A stretch of DNA of 64,000 bases from Eledone cirrhosa (Eukaryota), in assembly GCA_964016885.1 (NCBI GenBank), contig OZ024743.1, positions 8,928,001 through 8,992,000 on the forward strand, given 5' to 3'. Within the stretch, counting starts at the first letter, position 1. Every line of letters begins with the position of its first letter. Below are positions 1-10,763 of the stretch, one piece after another. A model generated the notes under the pieces. The model saw only the letters and a list, made by a program, of their open reading frames with translations. It searched no databases and was not told the DNA's origin. The translations under genes and the position numbers were made by a program.

Positions 1-396
1 CAAAATCATCTGGTCAATGATTCCAATAATCAGCTTATGCCATATAATAGTGCACCAGCACAACATTCCCTATCCATTGCTAGCAGTACTACAAGTAATA
101 ATTTCAATAAAGGGGTGTCTTGTAGCGCTATTTGCAGCAGCAGTGAGAGTGGTATTGCTAGTAATGCTTACAAAGTAAATATGTCCCGAAAACGGCGCAT
201 GAACAACTATTACAGTGATAATTGCATTGATATGAATCGCAATTGCAAGCAACAAACTCTTGTGTCTCTCTTTACTAAAAATCGGCTGGAGGCTCCACTA
301 GTAACTTGCCAGAAGTGTCCAGTATGTAACATGAATTTTGAGTTGGGCACTAGTAATGATCAGATCAATTCTCATGTTGATAACTGTCTTTTGTAA
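1..396 (+). CDS. Terminal coding exon (5'-partial) of a DNA damage tolerance protein with PIP-like box and C-terminal UBZ4 (Rad18-type) zinc finger; POLK-like or SPRTN-like
   Basis: Frame is open from base 1 to TAA at 394-396. It has a low-complexity S/N linker, basic SRKRR (NLS-like), QQTLVSLF (non-canonical PIP box, 250-273) and CPVC-x14-HVDNC at the extreme C-terminus, followed by an AT-rich UTR. Confidence 0.75.
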   Translation, partial: QNHLVNDSNNQLMPYNSAPAQHSLSIASSTTSNNFNKGVSCSAICSSSESGIASNAYKVNMSRKRRMNNYYSDNCIDMNRNCKQQTLVSLFTKNRLEAPLVTCQKCPVCNMNFELGTSNDQINSHVDNCLL

Positions 397-622
397 CAGG
401 CAACCACAACTAACTCATTTTTTTTAAGTTATTCAAAAATTGAGAGAAAAAACAATGAAAAAAAGAAGGAATGGCACATTTTTGTTGATTTTAGTATTGA
501 AGGATACATACGTAAATAAACATAACACTTATATAACATTAAATACTAATTTAAATTAAAGTCTTTGCTGTTGTTTCTTTATTTTTGTATTTTGTTGCTT
601 TTCTTCACCTTGATACTGCTGA

Positions 623-689
<67 letters not shown>

Positions 690-1890
690 ATATATGAGAG
701 AGAGATTGTATGGATGCTGGGACAAATTAATGTAACAAATGAAGCAAAAAAGGACACTTCTCAAATATATTTCTTTTGTTTTAACTTGATGCAATTGTTT
801 CTAAGGGAATCTTAAGAAAATTTGGTTACATTTGTTTTTCATGTTCTTCATCAGTAAATGTTGATTTTAAATTATTTGAATGGAATGTAGACTGTGATTT
901 CGAAGTTTTATTGAAATGAACTATTTCTTTTGATTTAGTTGTGTCTCAAGTTAGGTTCCACCTTAGTGGATTTAATGTTGCCTCAAGTTAGTTTTCATAC
1001 TATAGAATTTTGAATTTGTTCTAGAATCTTGCAAGCCAATTTTTTTTTCTCAAATTAATGGAAACATTTTGATTGGGTGCTACTTGCTGTAATGCTATAA
1101 TTTGATTGTTGGGGCAAGTTTGTTAACGTAATTTGAAACAATGTTGTAAAGCTGGAGGATAGACATTTGTATGAACTATGTAAAGCAAAAAATTGATAAG
1201 GTAAAAAATATATACATAAATAGCAATCTGCTAAAACATTGGGAAGTTTACTTTATGAAGCAAGTCATACTTTAACTCTTAGTGCAACTTTATCAGAACT
1301 AATTCAAGTATATTAAACTTTGTTTGCTGAGCTGATTAGTTGTCTGATTACTGAGCATAGGGTTGATTTGACTCAACATGTTACAAGTACTGCATTGGTC
1401 AATACACTAAACTTTTGCAGTTCTACCTCCTTAAATATAAATAAGTATCATTTATAATCACATTTCTCTAAGGTAATGAGTGAGAGCTCTTTGTAATTAA
1501 ACACTGTTTAACAGGTTTGTTGTGCTGCGTTGAAGCCTTCTCTAAGCTAGGAGAAAGTAATTTGAAGTGATTCTAAAGCACATTTTTAGATTACTGCAGC
1601 CAGGCATGGCGTCTACATGTGATAGCTGGTGTACAACAGTTCATTTTATATTTAATTCATCATGCATATGCCTCCATCACTAAAATTCCACGTTGATAAC
1701 TATATTGTAATTTGTATAATATAATTTTAACGTTACAATATACTAACAGAAAATACTGGGAGATTTTCTGTTAGTATAATGTGTGAATGTGTATACAACT
1801 ATGAAAAATAAAAACTATATTTTTGATGTGTTAATGGTATGAACTCACATTGTCATATTTTATTTAACTTGATGCAAAAATAAATACATA
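397..1890 (+). other. Probable 3' UTR with AATAAA polyadenylation signals (~515, ~1807, ~1879)
   Basis: T-rich non-coding sequence after the stop, with several AATAAA. The actual end is not determinable. Confidence 0.45.
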
Positions 1891-2504
1891 AAATAGAATA
1901 AGAAAACATTACAGCAATACAATGGGAGGAAACATAATAATAATATCACTGATGTCACAAGTGTGTGACAAAAGAACTCTGAGAGACTATTTATATCTAT
2001 ATCTTTTAACTGTTGGTCAATCAATGATACACATTGGTTACCAGCTGAATTAATTATAGAAATATAAAATATACTGAAGTGAAAACCATCTCAAACCAAA
2101 CATCATCATGTTTTATTATATATTTTTGGCAATATTATAACATGACCCTCCCCAAATATAAAAATATAGCAAAAATATTTATTTTCTACAAAATGATGAC
2201 CCTGTTCCCTACATGATTAAGCAGAGATGGTATATGAATCAACACCCTAAGTAATGTTTGATGTGATAAACAAAGACGGTTGAAACAGTTCAGCACAGCA
2301 ACTCTGATGAAATTCAAACTGTTGAAAAAATTTTTCTTGACTCTTGCATATTCTGTAGCCCTAATATTAGGAGGGTGGTGTGTAGCTAATGGCTTATATG
2401 AAAAATGTAAAACTACTTTAGTGATGTTAGGACAATATGAACTCACACTGACATTTAATTTTGCAGTTTACCATCATTATTGATGGAATGGTTACATTAT
2501 ATAT

Positions 2505-2611
2505 ATTAGCAGAAGAACCACCCTTGAGCGGTTTTCTGCTAGCATATGTAATGTGCATATTGGTATTATATGCAAATATATATGCATGTAGATACATGTA
2601 AATTGACAATA
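2505..2611 (-). mobile_element. 3' end of non-autonomous Helitron (same family as 6826-7287)
   Basis: Reverse complement aligns with 7180-7290, including the terminal hairpin region and a degenerate CTAG end (ttctgctaat). Confidence 0.65.
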
Positions 2612-3230
2612 TCTTCTTCGCCCACTTATTTATGAGGGAGTCGTGGAGGCAGAGTCCTCCTCAAACACTCCTTCCAGAGAGTATGTCAGAAGCAAACATC
2701 TCTAACAGATCCAGCTGGATCCCAAAGCGTGACCAGTCAAGCTCATGGATGTTATCCAATTATCATTCTCAGGGTCTCCTGCCGGCTGGTTTTGCCTGTA
2801 AAATCTGTCCAGCGATTCTTTCCTGAGACATTCTAACCACATGTCCATAGTATCGGAGCTGTGATCTCTCAAGTCAGAGAAGTTGAGGCTCTACCTGGAG
2901 TGACTGATCTCCGAGCTATGCACTTTATCAACTAAAGTTATCCACAAAAGCCTTCAGAGGAACCCCATTTCGGCCGCCTGTATTTGCAATTGTATTTTCT
3001 CGGCCATTACCGAAGATTCATGACCATAGGTAATGGTTGGCAGGAATACCAGGAAGACAGCGAGTTTGGCTTTTACACCTACCTCCCTTCTGATTACTGA
3101 ATGCTGAATCTAGCGCATTACTGCATCAGCTTTTGCAATTCTTGTACTTAATTCTGTCTCCTGCATTCCATCACTTGTGAATCGAGATACTTGAACTTCT
3201 CTACCTGCTTCAGTGGAACTCCATTCACAT
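2612..3230 (-). mobile_element. Degenerate RTE-clade LINE 3' fragment
   Basis: Minus-strand translation gives RTE C-terminal motifs (RIAKADAVMR; IQAAEMGFLRRL) with stops and frameshifts, and a short (GAA)n tail. Confidence 0.7.
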
Positions 3231-3439
3231 GTATATAAATTTGAGTGACTCTGTCCATCTGTCTGTAACACAATGTGTGTGTGTGTTTGTGTGAATGTAT
3301 GTGTGTAAAAGGAAAGAAGGGGATACAAACATGTCTCTAATTTAAAAACGGTGACACACACACACACACATATATATATGTATATATATGTATATATATA
3401 TGACACACACGTGTCTCTAATTTAAGAATATCGACACGC

Positions 3440-4060
3440 GCGCGCACAGTCTTATTACCACTTAAGAGCTTTGGCCTGGGCAAACATCCCCTCAATTTTG
3501 GAACCGCCTGGGTTGTCCAGAATTGATGGGAGAGGACCTGACGGTCTTGCCCTATGCCTCTGGTCAAGAGGCAGGTGCCTCATCTGGGACGCCACAGTTG
3601 GGCTATTTTGCGTCTTTCCTGATCCTGGATGCAGTGGTAAGGGCGAGAGGTACTGCATCTGCAGCCGAACGGAATAAAATTCTAAAATACCGTGACCTAT
3701 CGGCTAACTCCAGTTTCCAGGCAGTGGCATTCGAGACGTTTGGAGGAGTCGGACTACTGACTGCGAGGTTCTTACCTCCACTGGTGGCTTGCCAGGTAGC
3801 TGGTGATGTTCGAGAGGGCGCTTGGTTGTTCCAGCATCCCAGCCTCGCCATCACCCGAGGTAATATGAGCGCTTCTCGCAATATTGTTATCTTTTGCTCT
3901 GGTAGTGGCTCATTTATAAACTCCTGTCGCCTGCCTTTTGTTGTATGTGGTCCTAGATGTGTGCTAAGTGCTGCTGTGTTTTTTCTCTTTCTTTTTTTCC
4001 TTTCCTTTTCCTTTGTATATATTATATTTGTCTGTATTTTCGTTCTGTAACCATTATATT
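3440..4060 (+). mobile_element. CRE-like LINE 3' fragment (restriction-like endonuclease domain)
   Basis: [22 protein letters not shown], then frameshifted [33 protein letters not shown], followed by a T-rich 3' UTR ending in TA repeats. Confidence 0.75.
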
Positions 4061-4085
4061 ATATTTTTTTATATATATATATATT

Positions 4086-4421
4086 GGAGGCACATGGCTT
4101 AGTGGTTAGAGCATTGGCCTTGCAATCGAAAGGTTGTGAGTTCAATTCTCAGACCGGGTGATGTGTTGTTTCCTTGAACAAGACACTTTATTTCACATTG
4201 CTCCAGTTTACTCAGCTGTAGGAATGAGATGATAGGGACTGGGGTCCCTATCATTCCACTGTAAAGTGGTCGTGGAGGTGCCATGGAAAAAAAGCACCCA
4301 GCGCTCACTGCAAATGAGGTTGGTGCTAGGAAGGGCTTCCAGCTGTAGAAATCAAGCCAGAATCAGTTCCCATTCCACCCTTGCAAGCAGGGAAAAGCGG
4401 ATGTAAAATGATGATGATGAT
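4086..4421 (+). mobile_element. tRNA-derived SINE with CORE-like central domain and RTE-derived 3' tail
   Basis: Pol III A box (tggcttagtgg) and B box (gttcaattc), a ccttgaacaagacactt CORE-like block, a 3' part matching the RTE 3' UTR at 21915-22180, and a (GAT)n tail. Confidence 0.85.
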
Positions 4422-4589
4422 GTATATGCACATACACATACGCAACAGTTGAAAAGATCCTAATCTCTCATCTCTCTCTCTCTCTCTCTTCCTCTATATA
4501 TATATATCACTCTATCTCTCTGTATCTCTCTCTTCACACACTCTTGCTTTCTCGTTCTGTCTCTCTCTCTATATATGGTAGTTGAAGTG

Positions 4590-4785
4590 GTGGTGGTGAT
4601 ATACCGGAAATTGAAATTCAAAATTTAAAAAAACTGAATCTTGAAATAAACAATACATTAAATTATTTATGTTTAAATTATATAATATTCATTATTTATT
4701 CAAAGTAATTCAACTTATTTTACTAACGGGATAACAAATATAACATGGACGCTGACCCGCACCTCTCCCTTTACTATATTATAGA
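4590..4785 (-). mobile_element. 5' part of non-autonomous Helitron (same family as 6826-7287)
   Basis: Minus strand starts A|TCtataatatagtaa and aligns with 6826-7030. Confidence 0.65.
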
Positions 4786-4836
4786 TATATATCATGATGT
4801 ATATATATATATAATGATATATAAAACATTATATAT

Positions 4837-5017
4837 AATTGTTTCTACTTTTGGCACAAGGCCAGCAATTATCCCAGTGTATTACTGGTACTTTATTTTA
4901 TCGACCCCGTAAGGATGAAAGGCAAAGTTAACCTTGGCGGAATTTGAACTCAGACCATAAAGGTAACTCTTTGTTGCAAAGCATGGCGTCCGACCCTCTA
5001 CCGATACTGCCAATCCA
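4837..5017 (-). mobile_element. tRNA-derived SINE family 2 (Meta-domain-like core) with 24-bp target site duplication (TSD)
   Basis: Core gcctttcatccttacggggtcgataaaataaagtaccag. Flanked by direct repeat aatgatatataaaacattatatat (4813-4836 and 5018-5041). Confidence 0.85.
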
Positions 5018-5085
5018 AATGATATATAAAACATTATATATCATTATATATACACATCATTATATATATATTATATATATATCAT

Positions 5086-5428
5086 GGAGGCACATGGCTT
5101 AGTGGTTAGAGCATTGGCCTTGCAATCGAAAGGTTGTGAGTTCAATTCTCAGACCGGGTGATGTGTTGTTTCCTTGAGCAAGACACTTTATTTCACATTG
5201 CTCCAGTTTACTCAGCTGTAGAAATGAGATGATAGGGACTGAAGTCCCTATCATTCCACTGCAAAGTGGTCGTGGAGGTGCCACGGCAAAAAAAAGCACC
5301 CAGCACTCACTGTAAATGAGGTTGGTGTTAGGAAGGGCATCCAGCTGTAGAAATCAAGCCAGAATCAGTTCCCGTCCCACCCTTGCAAGCAGGGAGAAGT
5401 AGACGTAAAATGAAATGATGATGATGAT
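5086..5428 (+). mobile_element. tRNA/CORE-like SINE with RTE tail (second copy of 4086-4421)
   Basis: Near-identical to 4086-4421, with a (GAT)n tail. Confidence 0.85.
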
Positions 5429-5464
5429 ATCTCTCTATATATCATTATCTCTCTCTCAAATCCC

Positions 5465-5577
5465 GTTCAAATCCCGCCGAGGTTAACTTTGCCTTTCATC
5501 CTTACGGGGTCGATAAAATAAAGTACCAGTAATGTACTGGGTAATTGCTGACCTTGTGTCTAAAGTAGAAACAATTA
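5465..5577 (+). mobile_element. SINE family 2, 5'-truncated
   Basis: Runs from the B box gttcaaatccc through the core to the tagaaacaatt end. Confidence 0.8.
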
Positions 5578-5616
<39 letters not shown>

Positions 5617-5617
<1 letters not shown>

Positions 5618-5993
5618 GTGTAGGTAGTACGGTGAAATAGTGGTGTTGGTACCAAATCAAGCACTCTATGCACAGGCAGAGTGTATATAATAGAAAAACG
5701 ACGAAGTTTTGTTTACATATAAACAAATATTTATTGTGTATCGACCTGTTTCGCAGAGGATTGGCTCAAGGTGGTCTATAGGAGATATGGACCCGACTCC
5801 AGTATCGATCTGCTCCTCAGGCTGGTGATGCGACAAAAGATATATTTTTTGTCGCAGTCTGAGGAGTAGATCGATACTGGAGTCGGGTCCATAACTCCTA
5901 TGGGTCACCTTGAGCCAATCATCTGCGAAACGCGCGTAACAGGTCGATACGCAAATATTTTTTATTTGTAAACGAAACTTCCTAATTTTTCTG

Positions 5994-5998
<5 letters not shown>
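5617..5998. mobile_element. Fold-back Penelope-type element with hammerhead ribozyme (long stem II)
   Basis: Imperfect inverted repeat ~5685-5998 centred near 5842. Plus strand has CTGAGGA (5859), stem II gtagat/atctgc, GAAA (5927), CGCGCG, TA. Tail at 5617-5685. TA flanks. Confidence 0.7.
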
Positions 5999-6029
<31 letters not shown>

Positions 6030-6057
6030 CATTTTATATATATATATATATATATAT

Positions 6058-6150
6058 AATTGTTTCTACTTTTGGCACAAGGCCAGCAATTACCCAGTGC
6101 ATTACTGGTACTTTATTTTATCGACCCTGTAAGGATGAAAGGCAAAGTCA
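6058..6150 (-). mobile_element. SINE family 2, 3' half
   Basis: aattgtttctacttttggcacaagg...ggatgaaaggcaaagt. Confidence 0.8.
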
Positions 6151-6273
6151 AACATTCAATTCGTTTGCGATTATGCAAACAAGCCAACACAAGAGCAAGA
6201 ATGAAGGGGTCATTCTACTGACATGGCGTTAAAAATGAGACTTGTTTGCATAATTGCAAACGAATCGAATGTT
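6151..6273. repeat. Small inverted-repeat (MITE-like) unit with 33-bp arms
   Basis: aacattcaattcgtttgcgattatgcaaacaag ... cttgtttgcataattgcaaacgaatcgaatgtt (2 mismatches). Confidence 0.6.
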
Positions 6274-6281
6274 ATTATTAA

Positions 6282-6760
6282 CTAGCAGTGGTACCCGGCG
6301 TTGCACGGGATAAGGTATTGTGAAATATATAACCGCCTTAGCTAAGCTTAGTATTGCCACAACCACGGAATGAGTGTGATATTTGTCTTGAGCAAGAGGC
6401 AGCAGACAGCCAGACATACAGACAGATATTATAAGGGCGCGTTCTGGATGCAGAGCGAATTGAAGGAAGTGACGTAATGCAGACAGACAGACATACAGAC
6501 AGATATTATAAGGGCGCGACGTTATATGTATGTATCTATCTAAAAACAGAAAGACTAAGAATTATAGAGAGAGATCGCTAAATCGCCTAATGCGGTCCCT
6601 AGGGCATTGAAAATTTAAAATTGTTTTTGCTCAGAACACTCCCTGAAACAAGTATTACATGTGTAAAGTTTGAAAACAGTCGGTTGGGTGCTTCTCTAGT
6701 TTTAGGGATTCAAACTCACACACACACACAGACAGACATCCTCAGTTTTATATGTATAGA
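6282..6760 (-). mobile_element. Non-autonomous Helitron
   Basis: Minus strand begins A|TCtatacatataaaa and ends cccgtgcaacgccggg (hairpin) taccactgCTAG|T. It has internal (ACAG)n and a ~40-bp internal duplication. Confidence 0.85.
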
Positions 6761-6778
6761 TATTCGAAAAACTCAGAT

Positions 6779-6825
<47 letters not shown>

Positions 6826-6830
<5 letters not shown>

Positions 6831-7287
6831 AATAAAGTAAGAAGCGCGGGACTGCGTACGGTTTATAATTTTTTTATCCCATTAGTAAAATAAGTTGGAT
6901 TACTTTGAATAAATAAGGTATGAATATTACATAATTTATCTACTAATTTCGGGGCTGTTCATTAAATATATTTTATTATTTATTTAAAGAATCACTTCTT
7001 TAAAATTTTCAAATGTCAACACTTCCGGTGGCGATCGCTTAAATAAACATTAATTTTCTGTCACTAATTTTCTCCTAATGCAGTTTATTTATAATATCGT
7101 CTTTTTTTAAAATGTATCATGGATTACGTTACTGATTACATAAGACAGTGTAACGCAGTCTTCCTTCAATTTCTGTGTATATTGTCAATTACGATTTTAC
7201 ATACTTGTATATATACTTGCGTATAATATCAATATACACACTACACATACTAGCAGACCACCACCCAAAGGGTGGTTTTTCTGCTAG
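6826..7287 (+). mobile_element. Non-autonomous Helitron (second family)
   Basis: 3' hairpin accaccc-aaa-gggtggt followed by ttttctgCTAG|T. The 5' end matches the TC-starting copy ending at 4785. Confidence 0.7.
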
Positions 7288-7296
7288 TATATATAA

Positions 7297-7354
<58 letters not shown>

Positions 7355-7356
<2 letters not shown>

Positions 7357-8288
7357 ATGACACTAAGGTAGCAAAAGCAATCAAAAACCCGGCTGACGCT
7401 GCCCTTTTACAACAAGATCTGGATGCCATATACAAATGGGCGGAAGAAAACAACATGCAGTTTAATGCTGGAAAATTCCAAGCCCTACAATACAAACCTG
7501 CAAACACAAATACAGTACAACACAGTTACGCAGGACCAGGAGGGACCGATATCCCCGTGTCAAAATCGATACGAGACCTGGGTATAGACATGAGCGATGA
7601 TGCATCTTTTTCCTCACACACCATGAAAGTGGCGACAATGTGCAGACGACTCGCTGGCTGGATCTTGAGGACTTTCCGGACAAGAGACCGAGACACCATG
7701 TTGACACTATGGAGGACATTTGTCCTAGGCTGCCTGGAATATTGCTCCCAGTTGTGGTCACCCCATAGTGTCAAACTAACCACGGAGCTTGTGGCAATCC
7801 AGCGAAGCTAGACCAAGAGGATTGCCACGATGAAGGAGATAAGCTACAGGGAGAGGCTAAAAGAACTGAACCACTACTCCTTGGAAAATCCTGGAGGGAC
7901 TAGCACCAAACTTTGGCATTGGGAGCTGGACCAACTGTCGAACAGGACGTCACTGTGTGGTGCCAAAGGTCCCGTCTTCCACATCTAGAATAAGGAGCAG
8001 ATATTGCAATAGCCTGGGGTTCAAGGTCCCTCAACACTTCAACAAGCTGCCGAGGGATCTGAGAGATCTGCATCGTGTGGAGGTGGATGTCTTCAAGAAA
8101 CATCTTGCACCTTGCTATCCAGGATCCCGGATGAACCCACAGCAAGGGACGAGGGAAACTTAAGGGCAGCAGCAACAAACTCCCTCTTGCACCAGTGACC
8201 AAGCAATACAGGCTGGAGATAAAATGTGTAGCAACAAGGGCGGTGCCCCAGCATGGCCTCAGCCGGATGGCTGGAACAGGTAAAAGAG
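7355..8288 (+). mobile_element. CR1/L2-group LINE 3' fragment (RT C-terminal part)
   Basis: DDTK..LQQDLDAIYKWAEENNMQFNAGK..RDLGI..LEYCSQLWSP..AIQR, then stops and a deletion. Begins inside (TA)n. Confidence 0.85.
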
Positions 8289-8301
8289 TATATATATATA
8301 T

Positions 8302-8458
8302 AATTGTTTCTACTTTTGGTACTTTATTTTACGACCCCGTAAAGATGAAAGGCAAAGTTAACCTTGGCGGGATTTGAACTCAGAATGGCAAGAGCTATAA
8401 CTCTATGCGTTAAAGTGGCGTCAGACCCTCTACCGATACTGCCAATCCACCGCCCTAA
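8302..8458 (-). mobile_element. SINE family 2 (internally deleted)
   Basis: Family termini and core are present, with a deletion in the 3' part. Confidence 0.8.
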
Positions 8459-8512
8459 GATATGTATATCATTTTATATATATATATATAATGATATATA
8501 TATATCTATATA

Positions 8513-8798
8513 TCTTAGTCTTAGGTTCTTCCGCGCCGTTCGGTGCATTGAGCAGTAAGTAGTCATCAACGGTCACGAGCAGCGTGTCCATGCCAAGTAA
8601 TGTCTGCTATCAGGTCTTTTCGGAACGTTCTTCGCCTGGTGATTCTGGGGCAATCGCGCCTCCGTTTGCCACCAGGTGGAGTCCAGTTATTTGGTGTTTA
8701 CGAGTGTCGTTCGCCGGGCAGGCGCAGAATATGGCCAGCCAAGCGGCACCGGTACTCCGCGACTCTCCTCTGTAGCGTCCACGACTCGGCTCTCCGCA
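8513..8798 (-). mobile_element. RTE LINE 3' fragment
   Basis: Minus translation RLAGHILRLPGERH..WTPPGGKRRR..RRTFRKDL..TW..AARDR..AQCTERRGRT*. Confidence 0.75.
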
Positions 8799-8825
8799 TA
8801 TATATATATATATGTATATATATAT

Positions 8826-9003
8826 AATTGTTTCTACTTTTGGCACAAGGCCAGCAATTACCCAGTGTATTACTGGTACTTTATTTTATCGACCCCGTAA
8901 GGATGAACGGCAAAGTTAACCTCGGCGGGATTTGAACTTAGAATGGCAAGGGCTGTAACTCAATGCGTCAAAGCATGGCGTCCGACCCTCTACCGATACT
9001 GCC
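8826..9003 (-). mobile_element. SINE family 2
   Basis: Nearly full-length match to 31013-31210. Confidence 0.85.
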
Positions 9004-9035
9004 TATATATATATATATATATATATAATGATATA

Positions 9036-9130
<95 letters not shown>

Positions 9131-9277
9131 TTTGAGTATATGTTGGTTGTATACTAACACCTTAGTATGCAGGCTGGAGCACTCGACGAAGTGCGCAGGT
9201 TGGTTTGGTTACTCCGGAGTAATGTAAAATAAAATAAAATAAATAAGTCGAATGTTTAAAATTTGGCTTCGTTTATT

Positions 9278-9332
9278 ACTGCTATATATATTTCGGTGAC
9301 AGCCATCTTTGGCTGTGACCTCTTCAGGCAGT
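9278..9332 (-). ncRNA. Minimal type I hammerhead ribozyme (mirror copy)
   Basis: Exact reverse complement of 9452-9506. Confidence 0.85.
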
Positions 9333-9451
9333 CCGAATTAGTGTGGTAGAGACGAGTACACATGTTGTTGAGGTGTTTAACTTTGTCAATCAGATTGACA
9401 AAGTTAAACACCTCAACAACATGTGTACTCGTCTCTACCACACTAATTCGG

Positions 9452-9506
9452 ACTGCCTGAAGAGGTCACAGCCAAAGATGGCTGTCACCGAAATATATAT
9501 AGCAGT
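9452..9506 (+). ncRNA. Minimal type I hammerhead ribozyme
   Basis: actgc CTGAAGA ggtcacagcc-aaagat-ggctgtcacc GAAA tatata TA gcagt; predicted cleavage after 9501. Confidence 0.85.
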
Positions 9507-9552
9507 AATAAACGAAGCCAAATTTTAAACATTCGACTTATTTATTTTATTT

Positions 9553-9634
<82 letters not shown>

Positions 9635-9638
9635 AAAT

Positions 9639-9677
<39 letters not shown>

Positions 9678-9679
9678 CA

Positions 9680-10075
9680 TTATGAAGAGAGAAGAAACAT
9701 TAGATATAATTAGTAATAAGATATATCATACCTAAACTGCTTCTATAGTCCCCGACTACGTAGTTTCGTGGCATATTATGCAAAAACACTACATCATAGA
9801 GATATAGAGTTTTTGTGAGGTCTGCCGACTTATCAAGAGGATACCTCATTAAGGGTTTCAAAACACGTCTGTGATGCGCGAGATAGAATCTCGAAAGGCG
9901 GAGGGGGAGTCAATCACGTGATACAGCGGTCAAGAAACAGAGCTAAGCCCCTTATAACCCTGAAAAAAATACCACGGAGGCGGAGGGGGTATTTATATCA
10001 AAAGCGTAGAAGAGGTGGTTTGAGGAGGCGAGAAGTATGAGTAATGGTAGCTATCCAGCAGTGACTACACTTCAA
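9680..10075 (-). mobile_element. Degenerate Penelope-like pLTR with hammerhead remnant
   Basis: Minus strand has tataaatacccc (TATA-like, ~9985-9997), then tcct cttgataa gtcggca...tgccac GAAA ctacgtag TC ggga (9750-9842). Confidence 0.55.
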
Positions 10076-10156
10076 AGGTTACTCGACCAAAGGGAGTTAT
10101 AAACAATATATAGAGAAACACACAGATACATGCGGACACATACATACGCATGAATA

Positions 10157-10215
<59 letters not shown>

Positions 10216-10223
10216 TCTCTCAG

Positions 10224-10257
<34 letters not shown>

Positions 10258-10694
10258 AATACATTATCGGAGAAAGCTAATAGCGATACTCCGACTAAAT
10301 CCCAACTCACTCAACAAACATTAGGAAATAAGTGAGTATATTCCTAATTAAACGTTCGGGGTGCTAACTAATTGTATTGTGTGGAAAAAACGAGCAACGA
10401 TGGTTGCTAGACACTACGGCTTAATACGGGATGTTTGTTTACAAACACACCGAGCATTATAATAAATGTTCGGTGAATCCATACGTACATATATATATGT
10501 GTGCATGTATGTATATATATATACATACTACTGTACGTCTGTATACATATATGTATGTACGTGTACATACATATATTTAAGTAACAGCCGTACTAAGAGT
10601 GGGAAATGAAATTTCGTTTCATTTATTTTCTGTTTATATATATATATATACTGTATATATATATATATATATATATACTGTATATATATATATT

Positions 10695-10729
<35 letters not shown>

Positions 10730-10732
10730 ATA

Positions 10733-10763
<31 letters not shown>

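Larger units (their letters stand above)
9132..9559. mobile_element. Perfect fold-back element carrying a hammerhead ribozyme on each strand (Penelope pLTR-like)
   Basis: 167-bp arms 9225-9391 and 9393-9559 with a 1-nt spacer (the mirror ORFs in the track confirm the symmetry). Tail at 9132-9224. TA flanks. Confidence 0.85.

Noticed and set aside
4086-4160. tRNA gene (also 5086-5160)
   Set aside because: The A/B boxes continue into SINE core and LINE tail, with no acceptor stem or terminator.
4086-5428. Exact 1000-bp spacing of two SINE copies suggesting a segmental duplication
   Set aside because: Flanks differ and the copies have independent mutations, so the spacing is coincidental.
9385-9399. 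Shared gtcaatc..gattgac at the centres of two palindromes (9392 and 17042)
   Set aside because: It is only a 7-bp match, absent from the other centres, and likely chance.
9256-9528. Two near-identical 61-aa ORFs on opposite strands
   Set aside because: They follow from the palindrome, show no protein motif, and the conserved signal is RNA structure.
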